From an uncultured Planctomycetota bacterium (GTDB lineage: Bacteria > Planctomycetota > Planctomycetia > Isosphaerales > Isosphaeraceae), in contig CAVTTN010000002.1 in NCBI GenBank assembly GCA_963737655.1, forward strand, positions 320,001-384,000: DNA of 64,000 nucleotides, read 5' to 3'. Positions 46,357-64,000 of the stretch are shown here, piece after piece (positions within the stretch are counted from its first letter, which is position 1; each line of letters starts with the position of its first letter). Both the position numbers and the translations under genes were made by a program. Below the pieces are notes generated by a model, which was not told where the DNA came from, did no database searches, and was given only the letters and a program-made list of their open reading frames with translations.

Positions 46357-47573
46357 TCACGCGTCGATCTTGAGGATCGGCGTGACCTCGCCCGAGGCCG
46401 AAAAGGAGCCGATCAGGAATCGCGAGGTAGTCTGATGACCGAGGAACGCGCGGAGGCCCGGCTTGCCGAGGCTCCGATAAATCACCAGGCCCTCGTCCCG
46501 CCCCCATCCGACCCTGGCCGCGAAGGCCACGTCGGCGCGCAGACCCGCGACTTCTCCGAGACGGTCAAGGCCCGCCATTGCAGGGGCTTGCGGTCCCGGG
46601 CCCGGTCCCAGGAGACGAGCAGGGGCAACCAGGCCCGCCGACCCTCGGCCTTTTGCTGGACCTCGATGCCCCCCTCCACGATCGCGATCGCCCCGCGGTC
46701 GGTCTCATACGGGAGGCTCGGGAGCGCGAGCGGGACGATCCGGGCCGGAAGGCGAGGGCCGGCATCCAGGACGAGCGATCGCGTCCCCTCGGCCTTCGAG
46801 ACCACCCCCCCCGGGGGGATTTCCACCCGGGTGGAAGCGATCTCGGCGGGCCCTTCGATCGCCACGGCCAGGAGGGCGAGATTTCGGCCCCTCAAGAGCA
46901 CGGCCGTCTTGGTGATCCTCGACGTCCCGGCCGACACCGTCCATTCGAGGAAATCGGCGGCGTAACCCGTTCTCCAGATCACGTTTCGGGGCCGCCCCGA
47001 GCCGCCCGGTAGCCAGCCCGGCCCGAGGATCGCCCGACCCGAAGCGGCCAGCTCCAGGCGGTCGGCCCCGGGCCCTCGGCCATCGACGGCCAGGAAATCG
47101 CCCGTCTTCGACCAGTCGGCCCGGAGCATGGCCAGGGGGTGGCCGGGGCCTCCCATCGCGGGCAAGGGCGGGGGGCCGTCGGGGTCGTCTCCGCGCCGAG
47201 GCCGGAACCACCGGGCTGCGACCGTCTCCAGGCCCGGGTCGGCCAGGCGATCGACCCACCGACGGAACACCGCCCGTCGATCGGGCGGGGCCGGCCCCGG
47301 CTCGAAGACCGAGGAACCGTCGGGCCGACTCATCCTCACGGTCGATCGCAAGAGCCCTTCGAGCCTGGCGTCGATCGCCTCGGGCCAGTCGTCGCCCGAT
47401 TCGACCCGGGCGCGATCCAGGACCGACAGGACGGCCCACCATCCGCCGACCGGCCACCGGCGAGGGACGCCCTCGGGGTCCAGGGCACGATCCAGCAGCC
47501 GTTCCAGCTCCGCGAACCGTCGCGAGCCGGCCAGGACCGACACCTTCGTCAGAACCTGCTCGATTGTTGTCAT
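46357..47573 (-). CDS. Conserved hypothetical protein (heparinase II/III C-terminal-like); frameshift near 46530
   Basis: ORF 46482..47696 from MTTIEQ continues into ...LVIYRSL...RAFLGHQT...FLIG of ORF 46357..46578. Confidence 0.55.
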
Positions 47574-48287
47574 CGGCGCGACTTTCTGCCTTCGGAACGG
47601 GCGGGCGACCCCGAAGCATTCCTCACGAATCCGCCTGGGATGGAGAAGATTTCGACCGTCCGGCGGCCTTTGCTCACTTCGAAGGCGATGGTGCACAAAT
47701 CATCGTCAACTCCGGGGTCGAAACTGGAGTCCCCCGCGGCAGGATGGCCCCGACAGTGAAAAAAACTTCGACGCCAGGGGTTTCTGTAAGCCGGCCTTCG
47801 ATCATGACTTGGGGAACGTCCTGCCTCGGAGTCATCCGCGTTTCCGAGGGCCGGTGCGGCTCTGGCATTCCTGTTGCGATTACCTACTCTCGTCGGCCAA
47901 CGAGGGGCGAAAAAGTGGGCCGGAAACGGCCGAGACGCTCCGAGCCAGACGCGAAATAATGCCAGTTGATGAGCCACCCCACCGGCGACGGCCGCCTCCG
48001 TTTCACCACGGAGATGGCTTACCGCCAAGGGGCGAGCGGGTTGCCTCGCACGACCCCCCCGCTCGCCCCATCTCACAAGGAGGCACGGTCCGGATCGCGA
48101 CCGTGCCACCCCCAGCCGGGCCGGCCGGGAGACATTGCCAAAGGGTGACCATGGGAGAGGTGGTCATTCCCAGGTGGATGTCTCTCGGCCGGCTTTCTTT
48201 TTTCCCGGGACGACCGCCGGCCCGTGGCTTGCCGCCGGTGATCCGTTAGACTGACCCTCGGACCAGATCCGGTCGAGGGCCCGGGCG

Positions 48288-49997
48288 ATGAGCGACGACA
48301 GGCCGAGACGGTCGCTGGGGATGCTGCGGAGGCTGGCGGTACCGATCGCCGCGGTCGTCGCCGCCTTCCTCGTCTGGCAGGTCGCCCTGCCTTGGCTGGG
48401 CGCCTGGTACGGGGGCCTGGAACGGGAAACCCGGCGGTGGCTCGTCGTCGGGTTCCTCCAGGGATTGCTCGCGGCCTACGGGATCGTCCTGGTCCTGGGG
48501 CCGATCGTCGCGGCGGTCGCGGCCTGGAGGCTGGTGAAGACCCGCAAGACGGGCCCCCGGCCGATCTGGGCCAGGCTCCTGGCGGTCTCCGTGTCCACCT
48601 TGATGGCGCTGGGGATCGTCGAGGCGGCGGCCGGGCGTTACCTCGGCCGTCACGAGAACGCCGAGGTGTCCGTCCCCCCGCCGGCCCTGACCGCCGGGAC
48701 CGACTCGAAGCGGCCCAGGGAGGAGATCCTCCTGCTGGTCCTCGGCGAATCCTCGGCCCTCGGCGAGCCGTACCATCCCTGGCTCTCGATCGGCCACATC
48801 GTCGCCCGGGAGATCGAGAAGGCGTTGCCGGGCCGGAAGGTCCGGATCATCATGGGGGCCCGATCGGGGGCGCCGTTGACCCCGATGCTCGACGTCCTCT
48901 CCGAGCAGGCCGAGAGGCCGGACCTCGTCCTCCTCTACTCCGGCCACAACGAGTTCCAGGCCCGCTATGCCTGGTATCGGACGGTCAACTACTACTGGGA
49001 CGACGTGTTCCACTTCGACCGACCCGCCCTCTCGCGGATCGCCGGGGAATGGACGCCGCTCTGCCGGATCGTCCGCCAGACGATCGACCAGCAGTTCCTG
49101 GACGTCCCCCCGCCGACCAAGCCCACCCGACTCCTCGTCGATCGGCCGTGCTGCACCGAGCGGGAACGGCGGGAGGTCCTCGAGGTCTTCGAGAAGCAGG
49201 TCGAGGCGGTCGTCGGCTGGTGCGAGAAGGCCGGGGCCCTGCCGATCGTCTTCATCCCGGCCGGCAACGACGTCGGGTTCGACCCCGATCGCTCGGTTCT
49301 GGACCCGATGACCTTGTTGAAGGACCGCGACGCCTTCGAGGCCGAATTCCGGCGGGTCCGGGCCTCGGAAGCGACCGACCCGGAGGGGGCGCTCGCCTCC
49401 TATCGCCGGCTGATCGCCGCCCAGCCGGGGTTCGCCGAGTCGCATTATCGCCTGGCCCTGGCGCTCCGGGCCAGGGGGGAGCACGACGAGGCCCGCCGCG
49501 AGTTCCGCCGGGCCCGAGACCTCGACGGCCTGCCGATGAGGTGCCCGAGCGACTTCCAGGACGCCTATCGGCGCGTCGCCTCGCGCCACGACTTCCTCCT
49601 GATCGACTCGCCCGCGGTCATCGCGAAGGCCGCCCCCTCGGGCTATCTGGACGACTCGATGTTCAACGACGGCCAGCACCCCAGCCTGAAGGCGTACACC
49701 GCGTTGGCCTCGGCGGCCATCGACCAGCTCCGCAAGCGAGGAGCGGTCGGACTGCCGAAGACCGAGGCCCCCCCGCTCGACCCGGCCGTCGTGGCGAAGG
49801 AATACGGGATGGACGCGAAGAGGTGGGCCGAGGTCGCCCGGAGGGTCGAAGCGTTCTGGAGGGTGATCGCCTACATCCGGTTCGATCCGTCGATGAGGCT
49901 CGAAAAGGCCAAGCGCTACCGGGCGGCCGTCGAGAAGATCCAGGCGGGAATGCCGCCCGAGGACGCCGGGTTCTCGGGCCTGGGGACCCAGCCGTGA
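48288..49997 (+). CDS. Membrane-anchored SGNH-hydrolase-like protein with a TPR insert
   Basis: Three N-terminal TMs, LGESSALG (block I), YSGHNEF (block III), DGQHP (block V), TPR-like AESHYRLALAL. Confidence 0.75.
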   Translation: MSDDRPRRSLGMLRRLAVPIAAVVAAFLVWQVALPWLGAWYGGLERETRRWLVVGFLQGLLAAYGIVLVLGPIVAAVAAWRLVKTRKTGPRPIWARLLAVSVSTLMALGIVEAAAGRYLGRHENAEVSVPPPALTAGTDSKRPREEILLLVLGESSALGEPYHPWLSIGHIVAREIEKALPGRKVRIIMGARSGAPLTPMLDVLSEQAERPDLVLLYSGHNEFQARYAWYRTVNYYWDDVFHFDRPALSRIAGEWTPLCRIVRQTIDQQFLDVPPPTKPTRLLVDRPCCTERERREVLEVFEKQVEAVVGWCEKAGALPIVFIPAGNDVGFDPDRSVLDPMTLLKDRDAFEAEFRRVRASEATDPEGALASYRRLIAAQPGFAESHYRLALALRARGEHDEARREFRRARDLDGLPMRCPSDFQDAYRRVASRHDFLLIDSPAVIAKAAPSGYLDDSMFNDGQHPSLKAYTALASAAIDQLRKRGAVGLPKTEAPPLDPAVVAKEYGMDAKRWAEVARRVEAFWRVIAYIRFDPSMRLEKAKRYRAAVEKIQAGMPPEDAGFSGLGTQP

Positions 49998-50045
49998 GAC
50001 GGCGAGCCGTCCGAGGGGGAGGAGGGCCGCCGTCCCTCGCTCCGT

Positions 50046-50093
50046 CCACTGCCCACTGCCCACTGCCCACGGCCCGCGGCCCGCCGCTATAAT
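50046..50093 (+). repeat. Six tandem heptamers (CCACTGC x3, then CCACGGC, CCGCGGC, CCGCCGC) abutting TATAAT
   Basis: Read directly; a perfect TATAAT at 50088-50093 lies ~60 nt upstream of the methyltransferase start. Confidence 0.75.
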
Positions 50094-50151
50094 CCGGTCC
50101 CTCGGATCGCTCCCCGATGCCGCGACGGTCTCGAAGCGAGGTTGTGCCGCC

Positions 50152-51723
50152 ATGTCCGCGACCCAGACGACCAGTTATGACGAAGTGCCGTACAACGACA
50201 CGTGCGTCCCGGGGACGCACCCGGGGCACCTCGCGGCCGTCGCGGCCATCCACGGCCTGCCGATGCCTCCGATCCGAGACGCGCGGGTCCTGGAGCTGGG
50301 TTGCGCCGCCGGAGGGAACCTGATCCCGATGGCCTTGCTGCTCCCCGAGGCCGAATTCGTCGGCGTGGACCTCTCCTCCCGCCAGGTCGCCCAGGGCCGT
50401 CAGACGATCGAGGCACTCGGGCTCCGGAATATCACGCTCCATGCCATGAGCATCACCGACGTCGGCCCGGAATTCGGCAAATTTGATTACATGATCTGTC
50501 ACGGCGTGTATTCGTGGGTGCCCGAGTTCGTCCGCGAGAAGATCCTGGCGATCGCCGGCTCGTGCCTGACCCCTCGTGGGCTCGCCTACGTCAGCTACAA
50601 CGTCTACCCCGGCTGGCACATGCGCGGATTGGTCCGGGAGATGATGCATTACCACTCGCGGACCGCCCCGACCCCCGATGAGAAGATCGCCCGCGCCCGG
50701 GGATTCGTCGAGGACCTCACCGAGGCCCTCCGGGTCTCCGACAGCCCCTATGCGAACATCCTCCGCGACGAGCGCGAGATGATCCGCGAGGCCAAGGACG
50801 CCTACCTGTTCCATGAGCACCTCGAGGACGTGAATCAGCCGTGCTATGTCCATGAATTCCTGGGCCGCGCACGCCATCACGGGCTGAAGTTCGTCTCCGA
50901 GAGCCGGGGGGACTGGGTCGTCGATAGCCTGCCGCCCCAGGTCCTGGACCTGATCGCGTTCTGGGGAGGGGACGACGACGCCCGCCACCAGTACGCCGAT
51001 TACCTGATCAACCGGATGTTCCGTCGGACCTTGCTCTGCCGGGCGGACGTCTCGACGGAGCCGTCGCGGTCGCCGTCGTTCGAGGCGATCCGGGGGATGT
51101 GGCTGGAGGCCGGGGCGAAGCCGGAATCCGACGACCCCGACCTGACCCAGGACAAGCCCGAGGAGTTCCGTCCCGCCGGCGCCAAGACGCGGATCACGAC
51201 GAACAGCCCGGTCAGCAAGGCGGGCCTGACCCTCCTGTTCCGGAACCGCCCCAGGCTCCTCCGGTTCGAGGAGCTGTGGGACCAGGTCCGCGGCGTCTTG
51301 CCGGGCGAGGCCCTGTTCGAGGAGCCCGAGGTCCTGCTGAAATGCCTGCTCCGGGCGTTCCGCTCGGAGATGCTCTTCCTCCACCCCGAGCCCGACGCGC
51401 TGCCCTGGAGGCCGTCGGAGAGGCCGGTCGGGAGTCCCCTGGCCCGGCTCCAGGCGGCGGCCGGCGCCCCCGCCTTGACGACCCTCCGCCACCGCCCGGT
51501 GGACCCCCACGGCGCCGATCGGTTCGTCCTGACGTTGCTGGACGGCACCCGCGACGAGGCCGGGGTGGTCCAGACGATGCTCGACGCGGCCCTCTCCGGC
51601 GAGCTGACCGTCAGCCAGCAAGAGAACGACCTGACCGATCCCGAGGCCATCCGACGGTTGCTGGCCGCGGAGGTCGTCCCCAGCCTGCAGCGGCTGTCTT
51701 CCGAGTCGCTCCTGATCGCCTGA
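50152..51723 (+). CDS. Class I SAM-dependent methyltransferase with regulatory domain (PKMT-like), copy 1
   Basis: YDEVPY, VLELGCAAGGNLIP, FDYMICHGVYSWVP, YVSYNVYPGW, YLFHEHLE. Confidence 0.88.
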   Translation: MSATQTTSYDEVPYNDTCVPGTHPGHLAAVAAIHGLPMPPIRDARVLELGCAAGGNLIPMALLLPEAEFVGVDLSSRQVAQGRQTIEALGLRNITLHAMSITDVGPEFGKFDYMICHGVYSWVPEFVREKILAIAGSCLTPRGLAYVSYNVYPGWHMRGLVREMMHYHSRTAPTPDEKIARARGFVEDLTEALRVSDSPYANILRDEREMIREAKDAYLFHEHLEDVNQPCYVHEFLGRARHHGLKFVSESRGDWVVDSLPPQVLDLIAFWGGDDDARHQYADYLINRMFRRTLLCRADVSTEPSRSPSFEAIRGMWLEAGAKPESDDPDLTQDKPEEFRPAGAKTRITTNSPVSKAGLTLLFRNRPRLLRFEELWDQVRGVLPGEALFEEPEVLLKCLLRAFRSEMLFLHPEPDALPWRPSERPVGSPLARLQAAAGAPALTTLRHRPVDPHGADRFVLTLLDGTRDEAGVVQTMLDAALSGELTVSQQENDLTDPEAIRRLLAAEVVPSLQRLSSESLLIA

Positions 51724-51759
51724 GAACCTCCCCCCAACGACCTCGGACGAGACCGGCCC

Positions 51760-53333
51760 ATGACCGACGCCGACGCCCCGGTGAACCCGTATGACGAGGT
51801 CCCGTACCAGAGCATCGCCCTGACCGAGACCCACCCCGATCGGCTGGCCACGGTCGCCGCGCTGCTGGGCCTGGACGCCCCGGCCACCGAGACGGCCCGC
51901 GTCCTGGAGCTGGGCTGCGCCGGCGGGGGGAACCTGATCCCGATGGCCCTGGGTGCCCCGGGAGGCCGGTTCGTCGGGATCGACTACTCCCCCCGCCAGA
52001 TCGACCAGGCCCGCCAGCTCGCCGAGAAGGCCGGCGCCTCCAACGTCGAATTCCACGCGATGAGCTTGACCGACGTCACGCCCGACTTCGGCCGGTTCGA
52101 CTACATCCTCTCCCACGGCGTGTATTCGTGGGTGCCCGAGCCGGTGAAAGAGGCCATCCTGAGGATCTCCCGAGAGAACCTGGAGCCGACCGGCCTGGCC
52201 TACATCAGCTACAACGTCTTCCCCGGCTGGCACGTCCCCGGGATGCTCCGGGAGATGATGATGTACCACGTCCGCAACACGAGCGACCCGGCCGCTCGGG
52301 CGAGGTCGGCCCGGGCCCTGCTGGACTTCCTCGCCGCGAGCGTCCCCGAGCAGGAGGGTCATTACGCGAAGGTCCTGAAGGATGAGGCCCTCACGCTCCG
52401 CCCCCACGCCGATTCCTACCTCCTCCACGAGCACCTGGAAGAGCACAACCACCCGATCTATTTCCACGAATTCGTGAAGAGGGCCGGGGCCCGCGGGCTC
52501 AAGGTCCTGGGCGACGCCCGATTCTGGTCGATGGCGACCTCGGTCCAGCCCACGATGGCCAAGGTCCTCGACAAGGTCGCCACCGACCCGATCGAGCGCG
52601 AGCAATATTTCGATTTTCTCTGCAATCGCCGGTTCCGGAGGTCGATCCTCTGCCACGACTCGGCGGCCACCCTCGCCGCGCCCGACGCGCGAAAGGTGAA
52701 GGAGATGAGGGCCTCGGCCTCGGTCTGGCCGACCACCCAGCCGGTGGATTTCTCGGCCAAGACCAGCGTCGAGTTCCGAGGGCTCGACGGCGTGATCCGC
52801 CTGGGCACCAGCGAGCCCGTGTTCAAGGCCGCGCTCGTCCACCTGACCGAGGTCCAGCCCCGGGCCCTGACGTTCGCCGAACTCTGGGAGGCCACCCGGG
52901 CGAAGCTCGCCCGCCACGGGCAAGAGCCCGGAGACGCCGCCGACGCGCTGGCCCAGAGGCTCTTGCAGGCCTACGGCGCCAATTCGGTCGACTCCATCGC
53001 TCGCCGCCCCCCCGGGCCACGGAACCTTCCGCGACCCCTCGCGCCTTCGCCGTCGCGCGGATCGTCGCCGAGAGTTCGCCCCACGTCCCCAGCCTGGACC
53101 ACCGCCAGATCACCCTGAAGGACTTCGATCGCCTGGTCCTCCGCCAGCTCGACGGCTCGCGAGACGTCCCGGCCATCGCCGGGATGCTGATCGAGGCGAT
53201 CCTCCGAGGCGAGTTCCAGATTCACGAGAACGGCATCCCGCTCAAGGACCCCGCACTCCTCCGCCCGATCCTCGAACGGTCCGTCCCGCCCAGCCTCCAA
53301 CGGCTCACCAAGGCGGCGCTGCTCTCGGCCTGA
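51760..53333 (+). CDS. Class I SAM-dependent methyltransferase (PKMT-like), copy 2; frameshift near 53000
   Basis: Same motifs as copy 1. The C-terminus ...QLDGSRD...SLQRLTKAALLSA* lies in another frame and parallels the end of copy 1. Confidence 0.85.
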
Positions 53334-53550
53334 CCATCCGGCGCCCGATCTCCGTCCGTCCCGCGAGGCATGCCCACGAAGCCGTGGATTTTCGAGCCGA
53401 GGACGCGCGAAATCGTCGGATGACGGCGATCCTGGACACGCCCGGTTTCCCGGAACCGGCGGGCGGCGCCATCCCCCTGGCGCCGCCTGCCGCCGTGCCC
53501 TCATCCATCCGAACTTGCGTCGTGAACACGACAAACGACGCGGATTCCTC

Positions 53551-53596
53551 TTGACATGCCGGGGAGGCTCCCGGTTTAGTATTGAATTTCCCAATA
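53551..53596 (+). promoter_or_regulatory. Sigma70-like promoter with overlapping LysR-type box
   Basis: TTGACA (53551), 18 nt, TTTAGT; TATTG-N7-CAATA at 53580-53596 (T-N11-A dyad). Confidence 0.6.
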
Positions 53597-53755
53597 GGAT
53601 CTTCGGGACAATATCGAAATCCTTCCGGGAAGCACGTTCCGCCCCGGGTCGCCGGGAAGGGCCGGAGGGTTCGTCGGGAGGGTCTCCGCCGATCGTGTCC
53701 CCTCTCCCCGGGACGGTCGGGCGGGGTTCGGATCGGCTCGGATCGGGGTGTCGCG

Positions 53756-54685
53756 ATGCAGCTCGAATCGCTGAAAATTTTTTGCGACGTAGTCCGCTGG
53801 GCGAGCTTCTCGCGAGGCGCCGCCGAGAACGGGATCTCCCAGTCCTCGGCGAGCCAGGCCGTCCATCAGCTGGAGCTGCGCCTGGGCGTCAAGCTGATCG
53901 ATCGCTCGAAGCGGCCCCTGGTGCCCACCCGCCACGGCCGCGTGTATTACGAGGGGTGCAAGGACCTCGTCGGCCGTTACCTGGAGGTCGAGAACCGGGT
54001 CAAGTCGCTGGAGAACGACCAGAACGTGGTGGGGACGGTCCGGGTGGCATCGATCTACTCGGTCGGTCTCCACCACATGAGCCGATACGTCGAGCGGTTC
54101 CACGGCCTGTACCCCGGGGCGGACGTCCGCCTGGAGTACCTCCACCCCACGCGGGTGGTGGAGAGCGTGGCCTCGGGCTCGGCCGAGCTCGGGCTGATCT
54201 CGTTCCCGAAGAAGTGGCCGGACCTCGCCGCGATCCCCTGGAGGGACGAGGAGATGGTCCTGGCCGTCCATCCCAGGCATCGCCTGGCGGCGCTGGAGGC
54301 CGTCGAGATCGGCCAGCTCGACGGCGAGAAGTTCGTCCACTTCGACCTGGACCTCTCGATCCGCCGGGCGATCGACCGATTCCTGCGCAAGCATGGAGTC
54401 CAGGTCGAGACGGTGCTGGAATTCGACAATATCGAGAACATCAAGCGGGCGGTGGAGATCCCCTCGGGGGTCGCGATCCTGCCCGAACCGACGCTCGCCC
54501 GGGAGGTGGCCGCCGGCACGCTCGCCGCGGTGAGGTTCCGCGACCACCGGCTGACCCGCCCCCTGGCGATCCTCCACAAGGCGGGGGACGGCCTCGGCCT
54601 GACCGCCATCCGGTTCCTCGAATTGCTCAAGGCCAAGGAGGCCGAGCCCGCCGAGGCGGCCCTGGCCCTGGGCCGGTCCTCCTGA
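53756..54685 (+). CDS. LysR family transcriptional regulator
   Basis: MQLESLKIFCDVV...SFSRGA...ISQSSASQAVHQLE..LGVKLIDRS. Confidence 0.95.
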   Translation: MQLESLKIFCDVVRWASFSRGAAENGISQSSASQAVHQLELRLGVKLIDRSKRPLVPTRHGRVYYEGCKDLVGRYLEVENRVKSLENDQNVVGTVRVASIYSVGLHHMSRYVERFHGLYPGADVRLEYLHPTRVVESVASGSAELGLISFPKKWPDLAAIPWRDEEMVLAVHPRHRLAALEAVEIGQLDGEKFVHFDLDLSIRRAIDRFLRKHGVQVETVLEFDNIENIKRAVEIPSGVAILPEPTLAREVAAGTLAAVRFRDHRLTRPLAILHKAGDGLGLTAIRFLELLKAKEAEPAEAALALGRSS

Positions 54686-54814
54686 ACCGCATCGCGCCGG
54701 GCCGCGCCGAGCCGCCCGGCGCGATCGACGCCGAGACGACGACCTTCCGGACACGAACCGACGAGACGACCCGGTCGGGCCGACGGGACGGCCCCCCGCG
54801 AAAGGTAGATCACG

Positions 54815-59378
<4,564 letters not shown>

Positions 59379-59391
59379 CCGGAGCAGAACG

Positions 59392-59835
59392 ATCCGCGGA
59401 GGACGCCGATGGACGCCGATCATGGAACGGGATCAGATCGAGAATGACGAACAGACCTATGCCATCATCGGCGCGGCGATCGAGGTCCACCGGCAATTGG
59501 GTCACGGGTTCCTGGAGTCCGTTTATCAGGAGGCCCTGGCCTATGAGTTCTGGTCGAGCGGGATCGTCTATCGCAAGGAGGTCGAACTCCCGGTCTTCTA
59601 CAAGGGACACCAGCTTCCTTGCCAGTTTCGTGCCGACTTTCTCTGCTTCGAAGAAGTGCTCGTGGAACTGAAAGCCCTCGGTGAACTGACGACTCGCGAG
59701 CACGCGCAAGTCATCAACTACTTGAAGGCGACTGGCCTGAAACGCGGGCTCCTGCTGAACTTTGGCGCCCCTCGACTCGGCCAGAAACGATTCATCCCCT
59801 CTTCTCATCAGCGATCCTCAGCGTCATCTGCGGAT
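59392..59835. mobile_element. Candidate GxxExxY cassette bounded by 29-bp imperfect inverted repeats of iterated CGCNGA units
   Basis: Left ATCCGCGGAGGACGCCGATGGACGCCGAT (59392-59420) vs reverse complement of the right arm ATCCGCAGATGACGCTGAGGATCGCTGAT (59807-59835), 22/29 matches. Confidence 0.6.
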
Positions 59836-59837
59836 GA
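59422..59837 (+). CDS. GxxExxY protein (PD-(D/E)XK nuclease-like); end uncertain, ORF track runs to 60048
   Basis: IIGAAIEVHRQLGHGFLESVYQEAL, RADFL, VELKA, AQVINYLKAT, GLLLNFG. One extra C in CCCC near 59797 would give a ...SVICG* end at 59837. Confidence 0.9.
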
Positions 59838-59858
59838 CGAATCTCTGCGGAGACCCCC

Positions 59859-61331
<1,473 letters not shown>

Positions 61332-61358
61332 GGATTCCGGGACCGACCGCCAAGACGT

Positions 61359-61567
61359 AGAAGACTAACCGCCAAGGCGCCAAGAACGCCAAGGGAAGCG
61401 CAGAAGCAGAGGAGGGGAGGAGAAGAGGAAGAGTTCGGAATAAGAATTAAGCAGATTTTGAAAATTCTTATATTTTCAATTCTGCGTTTCAAACTCTTTC
61501 TCTTCTCCTCCCCTCCTCCGCCTCTGCTCTTCCCTTGGCGCCTTGGCGCCTTGGCGGTTAGTCTTCT
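61359..61567. repeat. ~210-bp long imperfect palindrome with terminal (CGCCAAG)x3 arrays; MITE-like
   Basis: Left arm AGAAGACTAACCGCCAAGGCGCCAAGAACGCCAAGGGAAG...GGAGGGGAGGAGAAGAG is nearly the reverse complement of the right arm over ~75 bp; AT-rich core. Confidence 0.85.
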
Positions 61568-61569
61568 CT

Positions 61570-64000
<2,431 letters not shown>

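Overview
GC-rich bacterial chromosomal window, most likely a planctomycete of the Isosphaeraceae type. This is inferred from PEP-CTERM genes, an LExRxLL secreted protein, lineage-typical small proteins, an AroD-AroE fusion and a long SecA. The backbone is housekeeping: secA, sugar-nucleotide enzymes, ruvX, clpS, rlmI-like, mntR-like, yhaM-like, hpf, thrC, dapB, galE, pheA, ribD, lpxA, hisH, pilD, aroK/aroDE, LysR-gltB-gltD and clpB. At least 11 genes carry frame breaks, probably assembly indels. Small accessory inserts sit between the housekeeping genes: (i) a GxxExxY PD-(D/E)XK nuclease gene between gltB and gltD, flanked by iterated-motif inverted repeats, with a gene-less ~210-bp palindrome of the same architecture just after gltD (candidate autonomous/non-autonomous mobile-element class); (ii) a tandem-duplicated yhaM-promoter...hpf interval carrying different PEP-CTERM cargo; (iii) an amber-interrupted RxxxxH HEPN gene coupled to an unknown partner; (iv) a fused MNT-HEPN gene; (v) a solitary EVE gene followed by an attC-like hairpin; (vi) a tandem pair of Rickettsia PKMT-like methyltransferases behind a heptamer-repeat promoter; (vii) a GTAG-type REP doublet. 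No rRNA, tRNA or CRISPR array was seen. All calls are by eye, without database searches.
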